Positions 1 to 14,968 are shown, counted from the stretch's first letter. The stretch is 64,000 nucleotides of DNA from Balanoglossus misakiensis (GCA_040954595.2 CM082590.2:9261988-9325987), one strand, 5' to 3'. Notes: generated from the sequence alone by a model not told the origin. Numbers and translations: made by a program.

Positions 1-205
1 GCAGGCTTCATCCAGGGAACAGGGATGGGTTCCATTCAAAATGTTATCACGGCACTAAACATGAACAAGAAAGAACTCATTTATTTGGGGATTAAAAATC
101 ATAACTATCACATTATATATTTTCATGTACATGTTATTTTGAATATACAATTTAATAACGAACACATGGCAATCAATCAATCAATCAATCAAATAAACAT
201 GCTTT

Positions 206-206
<1 letters not shown>

Positions 207-260
<54 letters not shown>

Positions 261-480
261 TCTCTCTCTGTCTCTGTCTCTCTCCCTTTCCCCTCCCTCT
301 CTCTGTCTCTCTCTTTGTCTCTCTCTGTCTCCCTCTCTCTCTCATCCTCTCTCTCTCTTTCTCTCTCTCCCCTCCCTCTCTCTCTCTCTCTGTCTCTCTC
401 TGTCTCTCTCTGTCTCCCTCTCTCTCTCTCATCCTCTCTCTCTCTGTCTCTCTCTGTCTCTCTCTGTCTCTCGATCTCTC
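207..480. repeat. (ATC)n followed by (CT)n/(CTCTGT)n microsatellite
   Basis: Direct reading. Confidence 0.95.
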
Positions 481-532
481 CATTTATTCAAGATGGCAGC
501 TCCCCAACAACCATGCAGTGTGATGCACCTAC

Positions 533-675
533 CTGGACATAGAGCAAGTTGAGCTGTACAGGATCTCTGGAATCAACATTCTGATCCGAGTAGAAATACT
601 TTCTTCTGAAGATCAAAGTCTCGCCTTCTTCAACACCTTGCTCTCTCAGAGTTCTCGTGTGATCTAACCAGTTCA
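533..675 (-). CDS. TLN1: Talin coding exon 7: (L)NWLDHTRTLREQGVEEGETLIFRRKYFYSDQNVDSRDPVQLNLLYVQ; the gene continues left of the window
   Basis: 143 nt, ATCAG acceptor, CAG|GTAGG donor. Near-identical to the talin FERM F1/F2 signature SDQNVDSRDPVQLNLLYVQ. Confidence 0.98.
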
Positions 676-3600
676 CTGATAAAATAAAACAAGATCATTT
701 TATTTCCAGAACAGAAACTGTCACGGAACGCCCAGAATTTTCCTGTCAGACCGCGACCTCGCAGCGCGACCTCTACAAAAAAGAACTCCCGATCTCATGT
801 CTCCTTTCTGTATCTATTTACACAGCCTGGCAATATCGATAACTTCGCCATGACAACATAAAAGGGTGCCTAATTTGATTTATTGAGTTCCATTAAAAAA
901 CCACAAAAAACACATCGCTTGAAACACAAACCCTCCAAAACTAAACTACAATATTTACTCAAGGAATTTTCAGCATGGTATCACCATGATTATGAGTTAT
1001 CCATTACTGTAAAGTCTTTTTTTATTTTTGACACTATACATGCAAACTTCTGATCCAAGGTAACTGTCTAATCACATTTTGCAGAAGAGAAACTTAGATT
1101 TCATTTACGAGGAAGGATAAAAAAGATTATAAGTAGCTGTAAATGTGGATTAGCTGCTTTTAATTTATCACATAAAATGTTATAGAAAGTAGACAGCTTT
1201 GATGACTGGTTATTCAGAATATCAGAAACATTAAAGGAACACACTTGGCTCCAATTTACATATCCCCATATATGGATGAACCATGCGTCTTGCATCAAAA
1301 ATGTCCAAAACGACTGCAAAGATGGCGCTTGACTACATCAATGAGTTTATACGTTATGCGTTTGTGCAACTTGTTTATAGACAGAGAAGGAAAAACACAA
1401 TCAAGCGATTAATTTCCCCTTTCTGAAATCACAGGGTAACAATAGCGTAATCAACACACAGTTGATGTAATTACCACGAATGTATTTATTCAATGGCGAG
1501 GTGCAATCAGCCACTTACTGGGTAAATACTCCAAATAACATTTCAGAGTTACTTAGTTACGAATATTTCATATCGTGTAATTGAAAAATACAATAGTCTC
1601 CATGGTGACTGGTGTGCGGAGTATAATTTCAGCAGGATGCAAAGTGGGAATGAATTTTCAGAAGAAAATGTGGGTTTCCAAGACCTGAAACTTCATATTA
1701 TAGATTCAGTGAAAGCTAATTTTTAGCACCACAGCTGCACACAGATTTGACTGACAAAATCTCCAAATTGGATTTTGATGTAAAGGCTTAGAAATCACTA
1801 CTTGACCTTCACATCACTATTTCACGGACAAATCTGGTTCATGACCATTTTCATTTAAGTGCATTGTATTTCCATTTTGGCAGCTAAAATTGTATATTAC
1901 AAGAATCAGTTTTCTACTCCAAAATCAAGAATAAATGAAATTCTCAGAGACATTACCTCAATAATTACAACCACCAAATTGCACACGTCAAACACAGATT
2001 CACCAAAAAATGCTTTCAAGCATCGGACTTCCATGATAGCATTGCCATGGCGATACTAAATCACTACTTTCACTGATGTAGGGATTTATTTAATCAGTGC
2101 AACAAAAAAATTTGCTCCATTTGGCAAATGTCAAACAGAGCTAACAAAGAGGTAATTCTATTGGTTGTTATTCCCTTGACTAGTTTCAAATTAGTTGTGA
2201 CAGCCACTCAAAGGGGTGCTTTTATGTGCTTGACATGGCGCTGCAGAATGGAAAAGACTAGATTACATCGAACGATAGCTTCGTCGCATGAATAGAAAAG
2301 AACAACTATGGCAACTTGGACCTGGAGACAGATTTTCAAACACAAACGGTGAAGCACTTTTTCTTATAATAAATGATTACACATAAACTATAAAAAGACA
2401 ACGAAACGAAGTATTTTAGTCCTTCCTAGTCTGACTGACCCATTCCTGCGCACTCAGAGCAATTACATGTAATCTGATATAAAGAATGAATCTCATAAGA
2501 TTCGAGTTTGTCATTGATAACGAAAAAAGAACATAACGACTAATTTCAAAATCCATTGTGTATCAAATAACTGTAATTATTGAAAAGCGAAAACAGAACC
2601 ATGGTAACGCATCACTATATCATCAATTTAACTCTCCTTTCCCTAATGCATTTCACGTTCCCTACAACTCTCCTCCACACTATGAATTATGGAAAATCAA
2701 CTAAAAATAACACATCTACCCGGAAATAGACCTGTCAATCATTTCCCGACAATGTGTGTGGTCCCACTTCAACTGATCGCCACAAAATCCTAATTCGATA
2801 TAAGTTTCAAATTTTGACTGTGGACACAATCGCTATTTGTCTCCTTGAATGCATTTGTGATTGGGATTTGAATAGTATACTACTGGGGCAAAAACTCATT
2901 TGACTGGATTTCATTGAGGGTTGGGTAAAGCCTGTCTCGGTAGATTCTCCTACAGGCAAGAACCCATCAGAGGAATTGTCTGGGTGATAATCCTATTACT
3001 GGCCACGAGCACTCCATAGCACAGAACAGTCACAATGCCGTAATGAACGCATGAAATAGGCACTCTGCATGTCTTTTGAGATTCTGCATTCACGGCTGAT
3101 AATGCTGTTAATAGACTGTACACAGAGAGGCTAAATATTTGCACACAATTTGCGGCGGGAGATTTTATTCCGCGGCGATACCGCAGTGTCTTGGTGGGGA
3201 GTCTTTTGAAACGCTTGATTCAGATGGAGCATCTCGTAAATGCGTTCTACTTGTTGTCCATTGAATTCTCGATCGCTGCGGGTGTGCGCAGTTTTTGTGA
3301 ACGTCAGACAAACAGACTTCAAACATTTAAATTGACTCCTCCACCTTGCCCCATCATCTTCATTAAATCACTTGAATTCACAAAACGCTCAACCCCAGAG
3401 CACTTCTACAAAGACCTCACCCCCAAGCCCTCGCGACTGTCCAGCCCTGTCACATCGCCACAACTCACATCTTTTATCACAAGCATCCCCACATTGAAGA
3501 GTCAAATAAATAGCTGTAGAAACTCTACCAAGTTTTCAAAAGCTCTTTGTATGACACCATCACCTATACAAACCGGATTGTCAAAATCAGACAAGCACGT

Positions 3601-3796
3601 CTAGTGTGATCACACACATGAAGACAGAACACTGCATAAGAGGAAACCTGCCTATACCAGACACCTCATCCAAAATCTCTTTACACTGAACGTCGCGATA
3701 CAATTTACAAAGAACCTCTATAAACCAGACACCAATACAAATACTAATACTGATTGATTTTTGAGCTCCTAATTTGGTTTTGGAACCAACACTTAC

Positions 3797-3878
3797 ATTC
3801 ATCATCGGTGTGTAGTTTCTTCCTCAACTCTTCCATTTTCTTCTCATCCTTCTGTAGTGTCAGCAATCCAGCTTTTTC
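3797..3878 (-). CDS. TLN1: Talin coding exon 6: EKAGLLTLQKDEKKMEELRKKLHTDDE
   Basis: 82 nt, GACAG acceptor, T|GTAAGT donor, phase 0 to 1. Matches DKTLLRDEKKMEKLKQKLHTDDE. Confidence 0.95.
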
Positions 3879-4135
3879 CTGTCAACAACAGACAATAATG
3901 TTGAAATAATACAACAGAATTCGAACTGATTTTATGACATTGTTTTCCACTACAAAGCACAGAACATTGGCTTGTCAAATTGTTAGTACATTTCCCGGTC
4001 AGGGGGTTGGTAAGACCCAACTTTGTCACTTGAAAAACTTGGTTCGACTACATGCTATTCTGGTAACTCACAGTCCCTTGGGGCAATAGACGGGTACTAT
4101 TGCCCCCACGGCCCAGGCAATATTTGTTCTCTTAC

Positions 4136-4221
4136 CTTTCTCAGGGTGGCTCGGTTGATGGTGCCATCTTTGGACATCTCGAGCTCTTTGCATAGTGAAT
4201 ATTCTTCATGATTTGTAACAC
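4136..4221 (-). CDS. TLN1: Talin coding exon 5: (G)VTNHEEYSLCKELEMSKDGTINRATLRK
   Basis: 86 nt, TTTTTCAG acceptor, AAG|GTAAGA donor, phase 1 to 0. Matches ITNHDEYSLVRE...GTLRK at the start of the F1 loop. Confidence 0.95.
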
Positions 4222-5992
4222 CTGAAAAAGAACCAAAAAAACCCAAACATTAGTGGAAAATTTCGGCTACAGTACACGCAAGTTGGGATAAAAACACACC
4301 GGGGGGAAAATCAAAATTGCACCAACAGAACTGAAACAAAGATGATTGATATGGGCAACATAACGAGTTCATCAATGTTTTTTTGATGATCAGAAAACTC
4401 CTATACTAAATAATTCAACATAATGTAACAAACGTGATTCACAGGCACGAAAAAGCACCGACCTCATAAAAAATATGATAAAGGTATTTTCTAATCATCG
4501 GGACTTGGCACATTTTTTTGTTATTTTAATCAGAAAAATAATGTACCGATATACAAATACATAATAAGGCAATCAAATGAGTTGCAATAATTCAGAAACT
4601 TGCTATTTCAGTTCTGCGGGTTCATTACACTGTCGAAAATTGACTGAAATCATCATCAGTCGGAACACAATGCCCAATGTACAGAAAACATTTTCAACAC
4701 GTCTCGTTTGCATTAAGGTAGATTACACCTCTGGGAAGGAGCTGAAGAAATAAAGCATTCTTCAAATTGTTCTATCCTTTGCAAAATTAATGTTTATGAG
4801 TTGTCATTTTCTAAAATAAGAAATAAATGGGGTATTTATGAGGGTGTTTAGTGAGAAGATTAGCAACATTTGTTAGAGGTTTGGACCGGGCAGCCATCTT
4901 GAATATCACCATCTGATTTTTAACAGACAGAAGGAAATGTGTACAGACAATGCATACAGAAACCTTTCAGTCTTATATTTTCATGGCTGTACACCAATAG
5001 TCAAGGGAACGATCTCACTTATACATGCAACACACACACTGAGTACAGACTTGTAATATGCATGCAACGCACACACACACATCGCTACAGACCTGTGCAC
5101 TTCCAAGTTTTGATTTATTACAAGAACCTTGAAAACTGCACAGTTCACATGCGCTCTGATGATGAATTATTGACCAGCTCCTCAGACATTAGATGTTTCA
5201 TCACAGCTTTAGGAGTTTATACAGGCTCTTTGACACAAAGAAACATCAGTGTGTATATTGTGTGATGGATTTTCTGTTTTAAAGATGCAATGTTTTACAA
5301 GGAGATTTATCATTTTCAAGTTATATCTTACAAAATTTAAGAGATGACTGATTCGTTGCGGCTTCTTGTAGATATGCCGGCAGACTTTTTTAAAATTAAA
5401 AATATTATTCATTTGACCAAAGTGATAAATCTCACGATGATAAACTTCCAAAAACTTGAACATGAATCATAGAGGCACAGAGATTTGTCCATGATGCATG
5501 AAGACACACAGCTTTGCAGAGTAAAAGTTTGACAATGTATAATGAATTCAGAAGTTGAGTCTCAACAAACAATTTTCAAGATTTGTCTTTTGAGAAATAC
5601 TCTCCACACAATTTTTACACAGATGGCTTGCCAAGTACTCAGCGTGTCTGAACAAACATCGGACGTGTTTGCGGACACGAGAATGAGAAGTAAGCGCATC
5701 CCACTAAGCAACGGAACTGGTCGACCCGATGTTTGCATTTATGGCCCCTTGCGCCACTTTTTCCGTGAACAGATCCGTTCAGTCAACAGATACTTTCCCC
5801 AAATATTTGCTTGATTCCTTCATCGGGTCTAATATTACAGTATCATGAAGCCTGGTTTTTATTTCAGTCACTTAACTTCCTTGCGATGAAAGACACTGAG
5901 TCACTAAACCATGCCTTTGTGTAATTATACTTTTCATATTTCAGACTTACAGTACTTGCAGGAATGAGTAGAATATGGTGCCATCTACAAAC

Positions 5993-6167
5993 TACAGTAA
6001 AACCTGTCTAAACTGAACACCAAAGGGGCAAAGGAAATTGTTCAGTCTATGGAGGTGTCTGGTTTATAAAGGTGAATCTATGTCAAACTCAAAGGGACAA
6101 GAAAATGTAATCGGTATAGACAAGTTTCCAGATAAGACAGGGTTCGGTTTAGACAGGTTTTGCGGTA
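5993..6167. mobile_element. About 175-bp TA-flanked pogo/Tigger-like MITE
   Basis: TACAGTAAAACCTGTCTAAAC ... GTTTAGACAGGTTTTGCGGTA inverted termini. Confidence 0.7.
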
Positions 6168-8748
6168 TATTTTTGAAAACTATGGGTTAATTTAAAAAGG
6201 CAATTATCAACCCCTGGACTTCTTGCAATACACCAAGCGACTGTTTATGTTTTGCAAAGCCCCCAAAGTTTGCTTTCTATTGAAATATTTTGTACTTAGA
6301 CCTCAGAATACAACTCACAGAGGCATTGTGACTGTTATTACACACACAGATATCCAACCCCTCCCACAGCGACTAACAGAAGAATCTCCAAGGAGAACAC
6401 TACTGAATATTGTCTTAACCTCACTGCCCCATTAAGCAAGATAGACAGTCCACTGCCTTTCGGTTGACTATACACAGAATTATGATTTTTATTGCTGCAT
6501 CTTTGGATTAGAGCTCTGCTGGGAATTTCCGGCAGTCATTCCTTTGCCTTTCTTATTTAATGATCCATGGATTTCTGAAGACGGAGTTTATGTGAATTTT
6601 TTTATTGAGTCTTTATTTGATCTTCTCACTTTGGTTCGTTAAGATTTGATGATGAAATCTCTGTGGGCACACTCTTCAGTATTTGAACGCCCGAGAAAAT
6701 TTCCTGTTTTGAAAGAGGCTTTTGATTTCTTCCACAGCTGTACCACAAATTGGAATGGATGACCGAATTTGCGTGGAAGTGAAAAATTCTGCCTACTGTG
6801 GAGAGAACAATGATACTTTCATAGGGAAAAATTAAACTGCTGATACATATATGCTCTTTTCTTGTAGGGGAAGTAACACAAACTAGATTTTATTATCATG
6901 ACTGAACAATAAAGCTATGTTGCACTGTAACCTCCTTCTAAACTTCAAACCCACAGGGTTTACCAAAACACTCGACCGAAAGCACATTTTTTCACTTTGC
7001 CAAATTACACATTACTGACACGGTGTCACATTGTTTTGATATTCAGAACTGACATCTGATTTACAGAACCAGTTAGTTGGCCAATCCAGCTGAGAACAGA
7101 GCAAAATGGACATGCTTAACTTCCGACATGTTCAGCTCGCCGCGAGGGTCACCAAGGTCACAGAGAGTTTCAGTAAGTGACGCGAGTGTAATATTTTTCA
7201 ATACAGCGCTGCCATGGAACATGTTTCTATGAATTGGGTGATTGAAAATGCAGTCAAAACTGTCAGGCGAGATTACTGGCGTGTCTTGTTTAGCTGTTAC
7301 TGGGAAAACGATGACAACTGAATATTGATGTGCCGTGTTTTTGTCTTTATGAAAAAGTGATATAGATTGAAGTGCTTTGCCTGAACGCACTTCCTGTCAG
7401 ATCGTATTGAGGATGCTGCTGCATCGCTTACTTTGCTGTGGATTGCTGCATCACAGTTGCTGTTCCTCAGCAAGCAAATGCATTGCGACTACTACATGAA
7501 CACTCGTTTTCCCTTTCACGTAAAAGCAAAAAATCTTAGTTGTGAAAAATGACCACTTCTTCTGCGAAGACAGAATTCTTTTCAGGGGCAGATTTTATGT
7601 CAAATCTACAGTACACTCCCGTTGTTTTAAAGAAGGGTGTTGAAATATCTGAGTCCGGACAGGAAATGACGTGGCCTTTTTGAAACTCTGAATATGATCT
7701 GTATCTTTCCGATCATCACAACACCATTACATTTTTATGGGCTTCATTCACAGTGAACAAGATAGAGGAACAATGGACTGTCTGCATTAGTTCAGTATGT
7801 GCAACAATGCTCAATTTCCATATAAAATGTCAAACACAGTATAAATGACATTTCCTTTGGCGACTTACGTGATTATATCGATATCAGCTGGCGTAATAAC
7901 ACTGAATGGACAACACCTGACGTTTCGTTTCTTTTGTATATATTACTTGTAATTTACTAGCTGAGATCAATCAATACAAGTAATTTCAGATGAGCATCAC
8001 CACTAGGGAGTGGTCAGTATATATTACTGGGGGGGGGGGGGGCATATGAGTGGATAGTGGAAAGTAACAACTCAGGTGCAGGGATAAACCAGATAATGTG
8101 CCGGGGAGGGGAGTGGGCAGACAACGACATGTACATCTGTCACCATGAAAAGATGCAGTTGTTTTCTAAACAACACTATCTGTGAATTCATTCCAAATAG
8201 TTAACCTCTATAGATTCAGAGATGCTATTTTCTCCCCATAAAAAGCATGCATAGCTTGAATATAATCTTGCACCAACAGGGTGAGTGGGTTCTTAGCTAT
8301 GCTTTTCTCGTTGCTCCAACTGAGGTACACATAAAACAGAGGACTTCACCATCATTCAAAACCGGAACCACTGACAGTAATTTGTCTAGACATGATTAAA
8401 AAAGTGATGTCCGAACGTTACTCCAATATTACGTTCTTGTCCTGCCCACACTGTCACTGGGACTCAGCTTAATCATATATCAGTGATGAGTTCATCATTG
8501 TGGAACTTCAGAGGGTTAACTCAATTCGAGGAATGTCACTTTCATGACGGTGTAACGATGATACATGGCTGTGTGCAGGTGGAGGAATTCATTCAATTTC
8601 AAAGTTTTCCCATGTGACATCCCACCATGTCAATTTAATAATTGAGCTTGAACTATGGCCTTCGTGTTTTTCCTTGACTCTTAGGAATCTAAGGAGGTAA
8701 TTCCTGATAACTACTTATTGTGAATAGAAGTTTCATATGTGTATAGAC

Positions 8749-8900
8749 TGTATGTGTGTACGTTCACATGTACGTACGTACGTACATATGTATGTACGTA
8801 CGTATATATACGTACGGATGGATTGATGGATGGATGGATGAAAGAACGACTGAACGAACGAATATGAACGAACCGATGGATGGATGGATGGATGGATGGA
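8749..8900. repeat. Compound microsatellite (TACG/TATG)n-(GGAT)n-(GAAC)n
   Basis: Direct reading. Confidence 0.9.
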
Positions 8901-9684
8901 GCAGTGTTCCCTCTAAGTTTTTTTTTAAGAGAGTGCAAAAGTTTGGCTTCGTGGATGGTACAATATCAGGGCGTTCCTCTTGATGTCTGTCAGACTGGAC
9001 ACAAAAACAAGAACCATGCATCCTGAGTAGGACAAAAGTGTTGAGGAACTTCTAGCACTATAAAAGGCACAAGTGATTTCGAGCAATGCCATATCCGAAC
9101 AGAATCCTACTCTTGGGGGTACAGACTATGCCAGTTGCATAACTTATCTATCGCATGACTAATAATATTTCTTTCCTCTTAGCAGAAGCACACTGCATCC
9201 CAAGGCATATGAAACTTACATCTGCATTGAAGGTCAGCTGTGAACACGAATAGCAAATGCCTGTTTCCGCATTCATATTGTTCCTTAGGGGTCCCCCTGT
9301 AAACTTAAGCAGCTGAGCCAACAGTCACCTTTCCTGACACAGACACAGTGCAGCTTGCCAAGTGGGTGCTGTTCCAACTCACAACTTGGATAATTGTTTA
9401 AACAAAACAGCTTGGAGAATTACTTTCGCATCTTTGCCCGATGCTGAGTGGACTTTCGTTTAAATTAAAGTCCAATTAAGGGAATGAAAGGTTAGTAACC
9501 CCTTTTCCTGTGTTTGCATTCAGAATTTTTACATCTCTGATGTGCCCGGTTTTATTTTAAATTGAAGGACTTAACGCAGCTACGAAACCATGCAACCAGA
9601 TGGCCAGAATTACAGATGAAACTTTTACGGAATAGCAAGGTAATACTATAATGTAGTGATTTTATCCCAAATTCTTCAACTTAC

Positions 9685-9739
9685 CTAAACGTGCACAGAT
9701 GGTAATAACAATCTGACTGACAATGTGGCTGTCATCGAT
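9685..9739 (-). CDS. TLN1: Talin coding exon 4: IDDSHIVSQIVITICARL(G)
   Basis: 55 nt, TTTTACAG acceptor, G|GTAAGT donor, phase 0 to 1. Matches VDDSKTVTDMLMTICARIG. Confidence 0.95.
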
Positions 9740-11046
9740 CTGTAAAACAAACAGAACAGAAATGAATATATTAGTCATCAGATCAATGATATCAATCAAG
9801 CACATCTTTGTAACCTTAGTAAACTGCACCATTTTGAAATCACTTCTGAAGGATGTCCATCACTATGAAGGCAAACTTTGCCATGTGTATATGAACATCG
9901 AATACACACAAACCAGAACTGCCAAGACCATTGGTACAAGAGATCAAGATTCCTGAATTACCCAGTCTGATACCACGAGGCAAATACACACAAGTGTACA
10001 TCCACAGTAATGTAATAACTGGCAAGGAACATAGAAGGAACTGACCTATTCGCATAGCAAGAGATTAAATCTATACAAGTTGAATTAACTTTCTAAATTC
10101 CATAGACGTTCCTCTTCCCTGCGATACAGCCTCTAGACTACTTTTAAATCCCTTTCAAATTCGCAATTAACAATTTCATACATCAGATTTTTCATTTTGA
10201 CAACTAATATCTCATTCAGCGCGCCCTGCGTCCATTTCCAATCACGTGTACAGACACCGCATGGACTAAGAGCATCCCCAAACTTCATTAGCAATTCACT
10301 TGATTCATCAGCCTCTACAGATCTGCCTTTGTAATGGACATTTCAAATTGAATTTGAAGACAAAGCCTGCATATCTTCATCCTTAAGTGATGTCCCCCGC
10401 ATACTTAATGGACAATACTTGATTCGGCCAGCTGTGGGGATTTTTAAGCACCGATAAAAAGTTGCAAAGATGCCAGCGGTTCAAAGATAATTTCTCAAGC
10501 AAAGAGTCTGACCATCTGGGCTACTACGATCATACATAACACTATACAGTATAATTTACCAAAGGATCTGGATCTATGTGCTGGGGAGTGAGTCTACCAT
10601 GGATGTCTGTCTGTCTTTCCATGATTGAATTAGTGCGTGTTCATAATCTACCAGAATGGCAGACTTCTCTCAAATTCAAGGACAAAGATTACATCAAACG
10701 GTCTAATGGAGCTCGAATATTTGATACTATAAATCACACTGGCAATCGCAAAAGTGGATTTAGGTCCTATGTGGATATCAAACCCTTCATGTACACTGTT
10801 AAGAGTAAATCACCCTTGAAATGAAATTACCAGATTCCCCATCTACCAATCTATCCATCCATGCAGTGCTTTTTTGAATTAAAAGATTTCGCCAGACAGC
10901 AGTGGGCTTCTCATGGTAATAAACTTGCATTTTTACAGAATTTGAACTTTGGACCTACTGTACTATTAATTCACATCGCACAGTAAATCACTCAGCCAAA
11001 CCTTCACCATCGGAAAAGGGCGATTCAATAACTGAGTAAGATGCTG

Positions 11047-11137
11047 CAGTCTTTGACCTGTCTATAAAGGCCTCCTGTCTATAAAGGCCAGTTTAGAAAA
11101 GTCCATTGACTGGCCACTATAGACAGGTTTGACTGTA
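11047..11137. mobile_element. Copy of the TA-CAGTC MITE family
   Basis: ...CCTGTCTATAAAGGCCAGTTTAGAAAAGTCCATTGACTGGCCACTATAGACAGGTTTGACTGTA. Confidence 0.75.
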
Positions 11138-12593
11138 GCTGGATACTTCAGCAGTCCTGTCCAAACCAATGCACTGAATACAGATGGAGCAGATACATCA
11201 CCCACCACTGCTCTCCTTATCAGCTAAGTACTCAATCCCTGAGCAGTATAGTAACTAAAAGCAACTTTATCCGCGGTTAAATAACGACTGTCCAACTGTC
11301 TCTCTCCGCGAAGCTCCATTGATTGCGGCTGGAATTCCTAATTGATTGGGAATGCAGATGGCTGATAGGCCGTTCCCATGACAATGACCACATCTCTAGA
11401 ATTCCAATCTACCATGTCAATTTGATTTCAATTTGCCCTGATTTGCCGAGAGAAAGTGGCACGATTTTGAAGACTTGATTACAGCTATGAACAATATTGC
11501 TCAATTACCGCAACAATGGAAGGAACTCGTGCCCTGGCAAGGAGCACCATAGTTCGATTTTGTGATCTTACTCTTCAAGAGATCTGGATAAAAGACGTTT
11601 CAACTTAAGATAGCTCGTGCATCCAGAAGAAGGTAATTGCATCAGAGTTAAACAATTAGCTGGATCTTATCACTGCCCATTGCCTGAAATTGCTTGTGTT
11701 TGCAACTGATAATGCTTTTCTCAGATATCTGTGAATGCTGATTGTTAAGTCCACAAAACCTTGACAATCACGATAAGACAATTATCTTCACAACTAAAAG
11801 ACTTTACATTTTGTCATTATTATCTCAAAATAGAAGTTGTAATAAAAAGACAACGAGAGGCCATACTTCTTGTTCAGTATGTTCTGAAAGCTCTCTTGAA
11901 AAAAAATCCAAAAAACTAAAAGTTATTATATTATCATTCATAGGTCAAACGTGTCTATGCTCAATAATAATTATCAGGTAAATTAATACAGTCAGTTTTT
12001 GCTCATTACATGTAAGTTTCATATTGTATCTTATTAACAGGATATGGTATTTCAAAATCATCAAGGTACATTCAGTCTATGATGTCTGATTTATTACCTT
12101 GCAAGAATTCAAGAAGCGAACGAGATGGGTGCCAGATAGCTGAAGTTTTTTCAACACCTACATTTATAAATATTCATTATTGTAATTCACTGGTAATATA
12201 AGATGATGCAAACATCTCCTGGGGAATGCAAAACCTGTGTACATCCATTTAAGGTGATGAAGAGCAAGTATCTGAACCATCTAATTTGAACTTCATGCAT
12301 GGATGGATTTAGATTCGGGAATTAATATATTACCCTTACAGAATTACAGACCACCTGACCTTGCCCGTAAATGTGGGATTGGAATCTCAATGAAGTGTGA
12401 CCAAGTGTTCTTCACTTTGGGGGTAATAAAATGATGCTTGGATTTTCAAATAAATTACTGTAAGTTCAGAATTTGCATCAAACATGCCAAAAGTGGAGAT
12501 GCCAACTAGCGTTTGCCGGTAGATGGTACATGCAGCGGGGATCTGGACAGGATAAAGCGACAGGGTTTGAGAGAGTGTTTCTTTCTTGTGCAA

Positions 12594-12797
12594 TACTGTA
12601 AAACGGGTTATTTTCGTGACAGGAAATTTTCGCGATATCAAAAGAGACAACTGTTATGTGAGAATTAATTTTCGCGTTCTTGTAGATCAATCATTATCTC
12701 CGAACAACATTTTACGTGACTTTTTATTTTAACATTTTTTGGCTCTCGCATATTTCGCGGAAATGTATTGCTCGCGAAAATAACCCGTTTTACAGTA
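12594..12797. mobile_element. About 200-bp TA-flanked MITE with perfect 23-bp terminal inverted repeats
   Basis: TACTGTAAAACGGGTTATTTTCG ... CGAAAATAACCCGTTTTACAGTA; internal TTTTCGCG motifs. Confidence 0.8.
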
Positions 12798-13086
12798 CTT
12801 CAATCTCCTGGCATTGATATTCCGGAAGCGTTTCACAGTTACATGAACATTGGCACCTCTGTGTCTGTAGCAATTGTACCACTGATGAAACTCGGTTTGA
12901 TTGCGATAAGCAGAGTAAAGAAAGTAAAGAGACAAGTTGGAGGCTCCACAATCATTCTGCTGATTGAGTGTATCAGCGAGGGCTATGATTGCTAGGCTTT
13001 GTGAATTAGCAAGGGATGTTCAGTGCTCTGAATGCTTAGCAACTTCCATGACACACAAGACTGTGATGAAATTATGCACATTCGTG

Positions 13087-13256
13087 TATACATACATACA
13101 TACATACATACATACATACATACATACATACATACATACACACATACATGTACATACATACATACATGCGTGTCTGCATTTGCATGCACACACACACATA
13201 CAGACAGAGAGCCAGACAGACAGACAGAGAGTCAGACAGACAGACAGACAGACAGA
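13087..13256. repeat. (TACA)n, (CA)n and (CAGA)n microsatellite
   Basis: Direct reading. Confidence 0.9.
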
Positions 13257-14968
13257 TATGAGTTACACAAGTGATATCAGCCAGGGGATGTAAATTTGGA
13301 TCAACCTTGAATTACCACACGCAGAGTAATGGAGTAAAGCAAAACTGAATTTGTCACACGTATTGACCAAATGATAAATCCATTGCAAATTACAACAACA
13401 TAACCAATTTGTCCGACAAACAGCTGCCACATTCCATGTCATTAGACAGAACACAGTTGCCGCCTAATCTCAACACTTTATGTATCTCTCTCTCTCTATC
13501 CATGCAGGCAGAAGCCCGGGCCGCTGACAAGTCAGAATGATAAATTAACCTGACCTAATGGGGGTCAGGCATCTCCTATTCACAGCTAACCTTGTTATCT
13601 CCTAGAGGTGTTAATACACATGCTGGGGACCACAAGTAGCCAATCCGTTAGCGACATCATCAGATCTCGCAATTGGTGGCACATGGCACATATGCACACT
13701 TAAGTCAACTTATCGCAGAAGTATCAAATCTTCATTTTAGCCACTTTGTGTAAAGTTCCCAATTATTTCAAGAGGATGGGGGTGCCTTGGAAGGTTCATT
13801 ATTTTTCTGGTCACGTTGAAGAAAACAGGTTGAGAGTTGACTTCTTTCTGTCGTGTTTTTTGCATCTCTGGGACTCTTGTACACATTTCCAATCAAGGGG
13901 TTCTAGAGAAAAGTCATGATTAAGAAATTAGAGGCATGTTCCTGCCTGTAGAACTACTGGAAAGAATTTGCGTAAAATTAACCTTAGCTGGAAACAGTGA
14001 GGTCAGTATCCCTTCTCATAAATGATTAAAGGTACATAGGGCAAATATTCCACTTTTTCTAATATCATAATATCTGCCAAATGATTGACCTCTTGGGTTC
14101 TTCTATTGCAATGTCAGGCCAAGCATCCATACCGGATTCTGCACACTTAATATTCCATACATTAATCAGCATCTCCGAGAAACACTCCATTTATGACCCC
14201 ACAGTCCAACTTAGGAATTCAGCGCACACCCTTCACACTTGGTTTATCAAGATCCAAAAAACGCCGGGACCAGGCGGGCCCAACATCAGACTACGCAAGT
14301 ACCACCGACGCCCTATCCATTGATGAATCAGCACACCAATCCCAACGCTCCAAAACAGCAATTACAGGCAGCGTACAAGTCCCCAGAGCACTGTCGACTA
14401 AACTAAGGCCAAAGCAATTTATTGCTCACCAGTCCACTCTGTTAATTTGTAATTTTGAAATAACTCCGGATTAATGGAGCAAGTCTATTTGGAGATCTTA
14501 AAAGTGATTTACAACATGTTAGTCATAGAGAATGGGGCCCCACTGTGGTTTCTGCACAAGGCGAGAATTGGCCAGTGCAAGTACGGGTGATCGTTTCATA
14601 ATTTCCTTCAAAGTGAAGACAACCTTGCCCTTTTTTTAAAATCAGCAAATCAGTCATTTAAAATTTATGAAATTCAGTGCAATTTTGAAGTAGGATGAGT
14701 ATGTCTGCAAACAGCCATGAAATTTGTGTGATTTTCCAAGGTGTTTTTTTGATTTATAAGGTACGACTGTATCCTTCGTTTAGAAATAGAAATATCAAAC
14801 AGCACCAGTGGTCTTGTCCCTTCCACAGTTCGAAGTTGCAGCTAGTCCCTGTTTCGAAAAGACTACCAACAAATATATGCAACTTTATTTTTAGATCTTC
14901 GAGTAAAACTGGCTGAAGACGATGAATAAAATGATGAATGCTGAATACACCATCTGCCTCTGGAGTAC

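Noticed and set aside
256-542. ER-rich and SL-rich ORFs
   Set aside because: Translations of a (CT)n microsatellite in a talin intron.
4713-4920. TTAAGGTAG-starting fragment, possibly another Kolobok-like element, with similar-looking sequence near 59310-59480
   Set aside because: No matching opposite terminus found, so boundaries cannot be supported.
8902-9055. CAGTGTTCCCTCTAAG hAT-like terminus
   Set aside because: No convincing right terminus or 8-bp target duplication.
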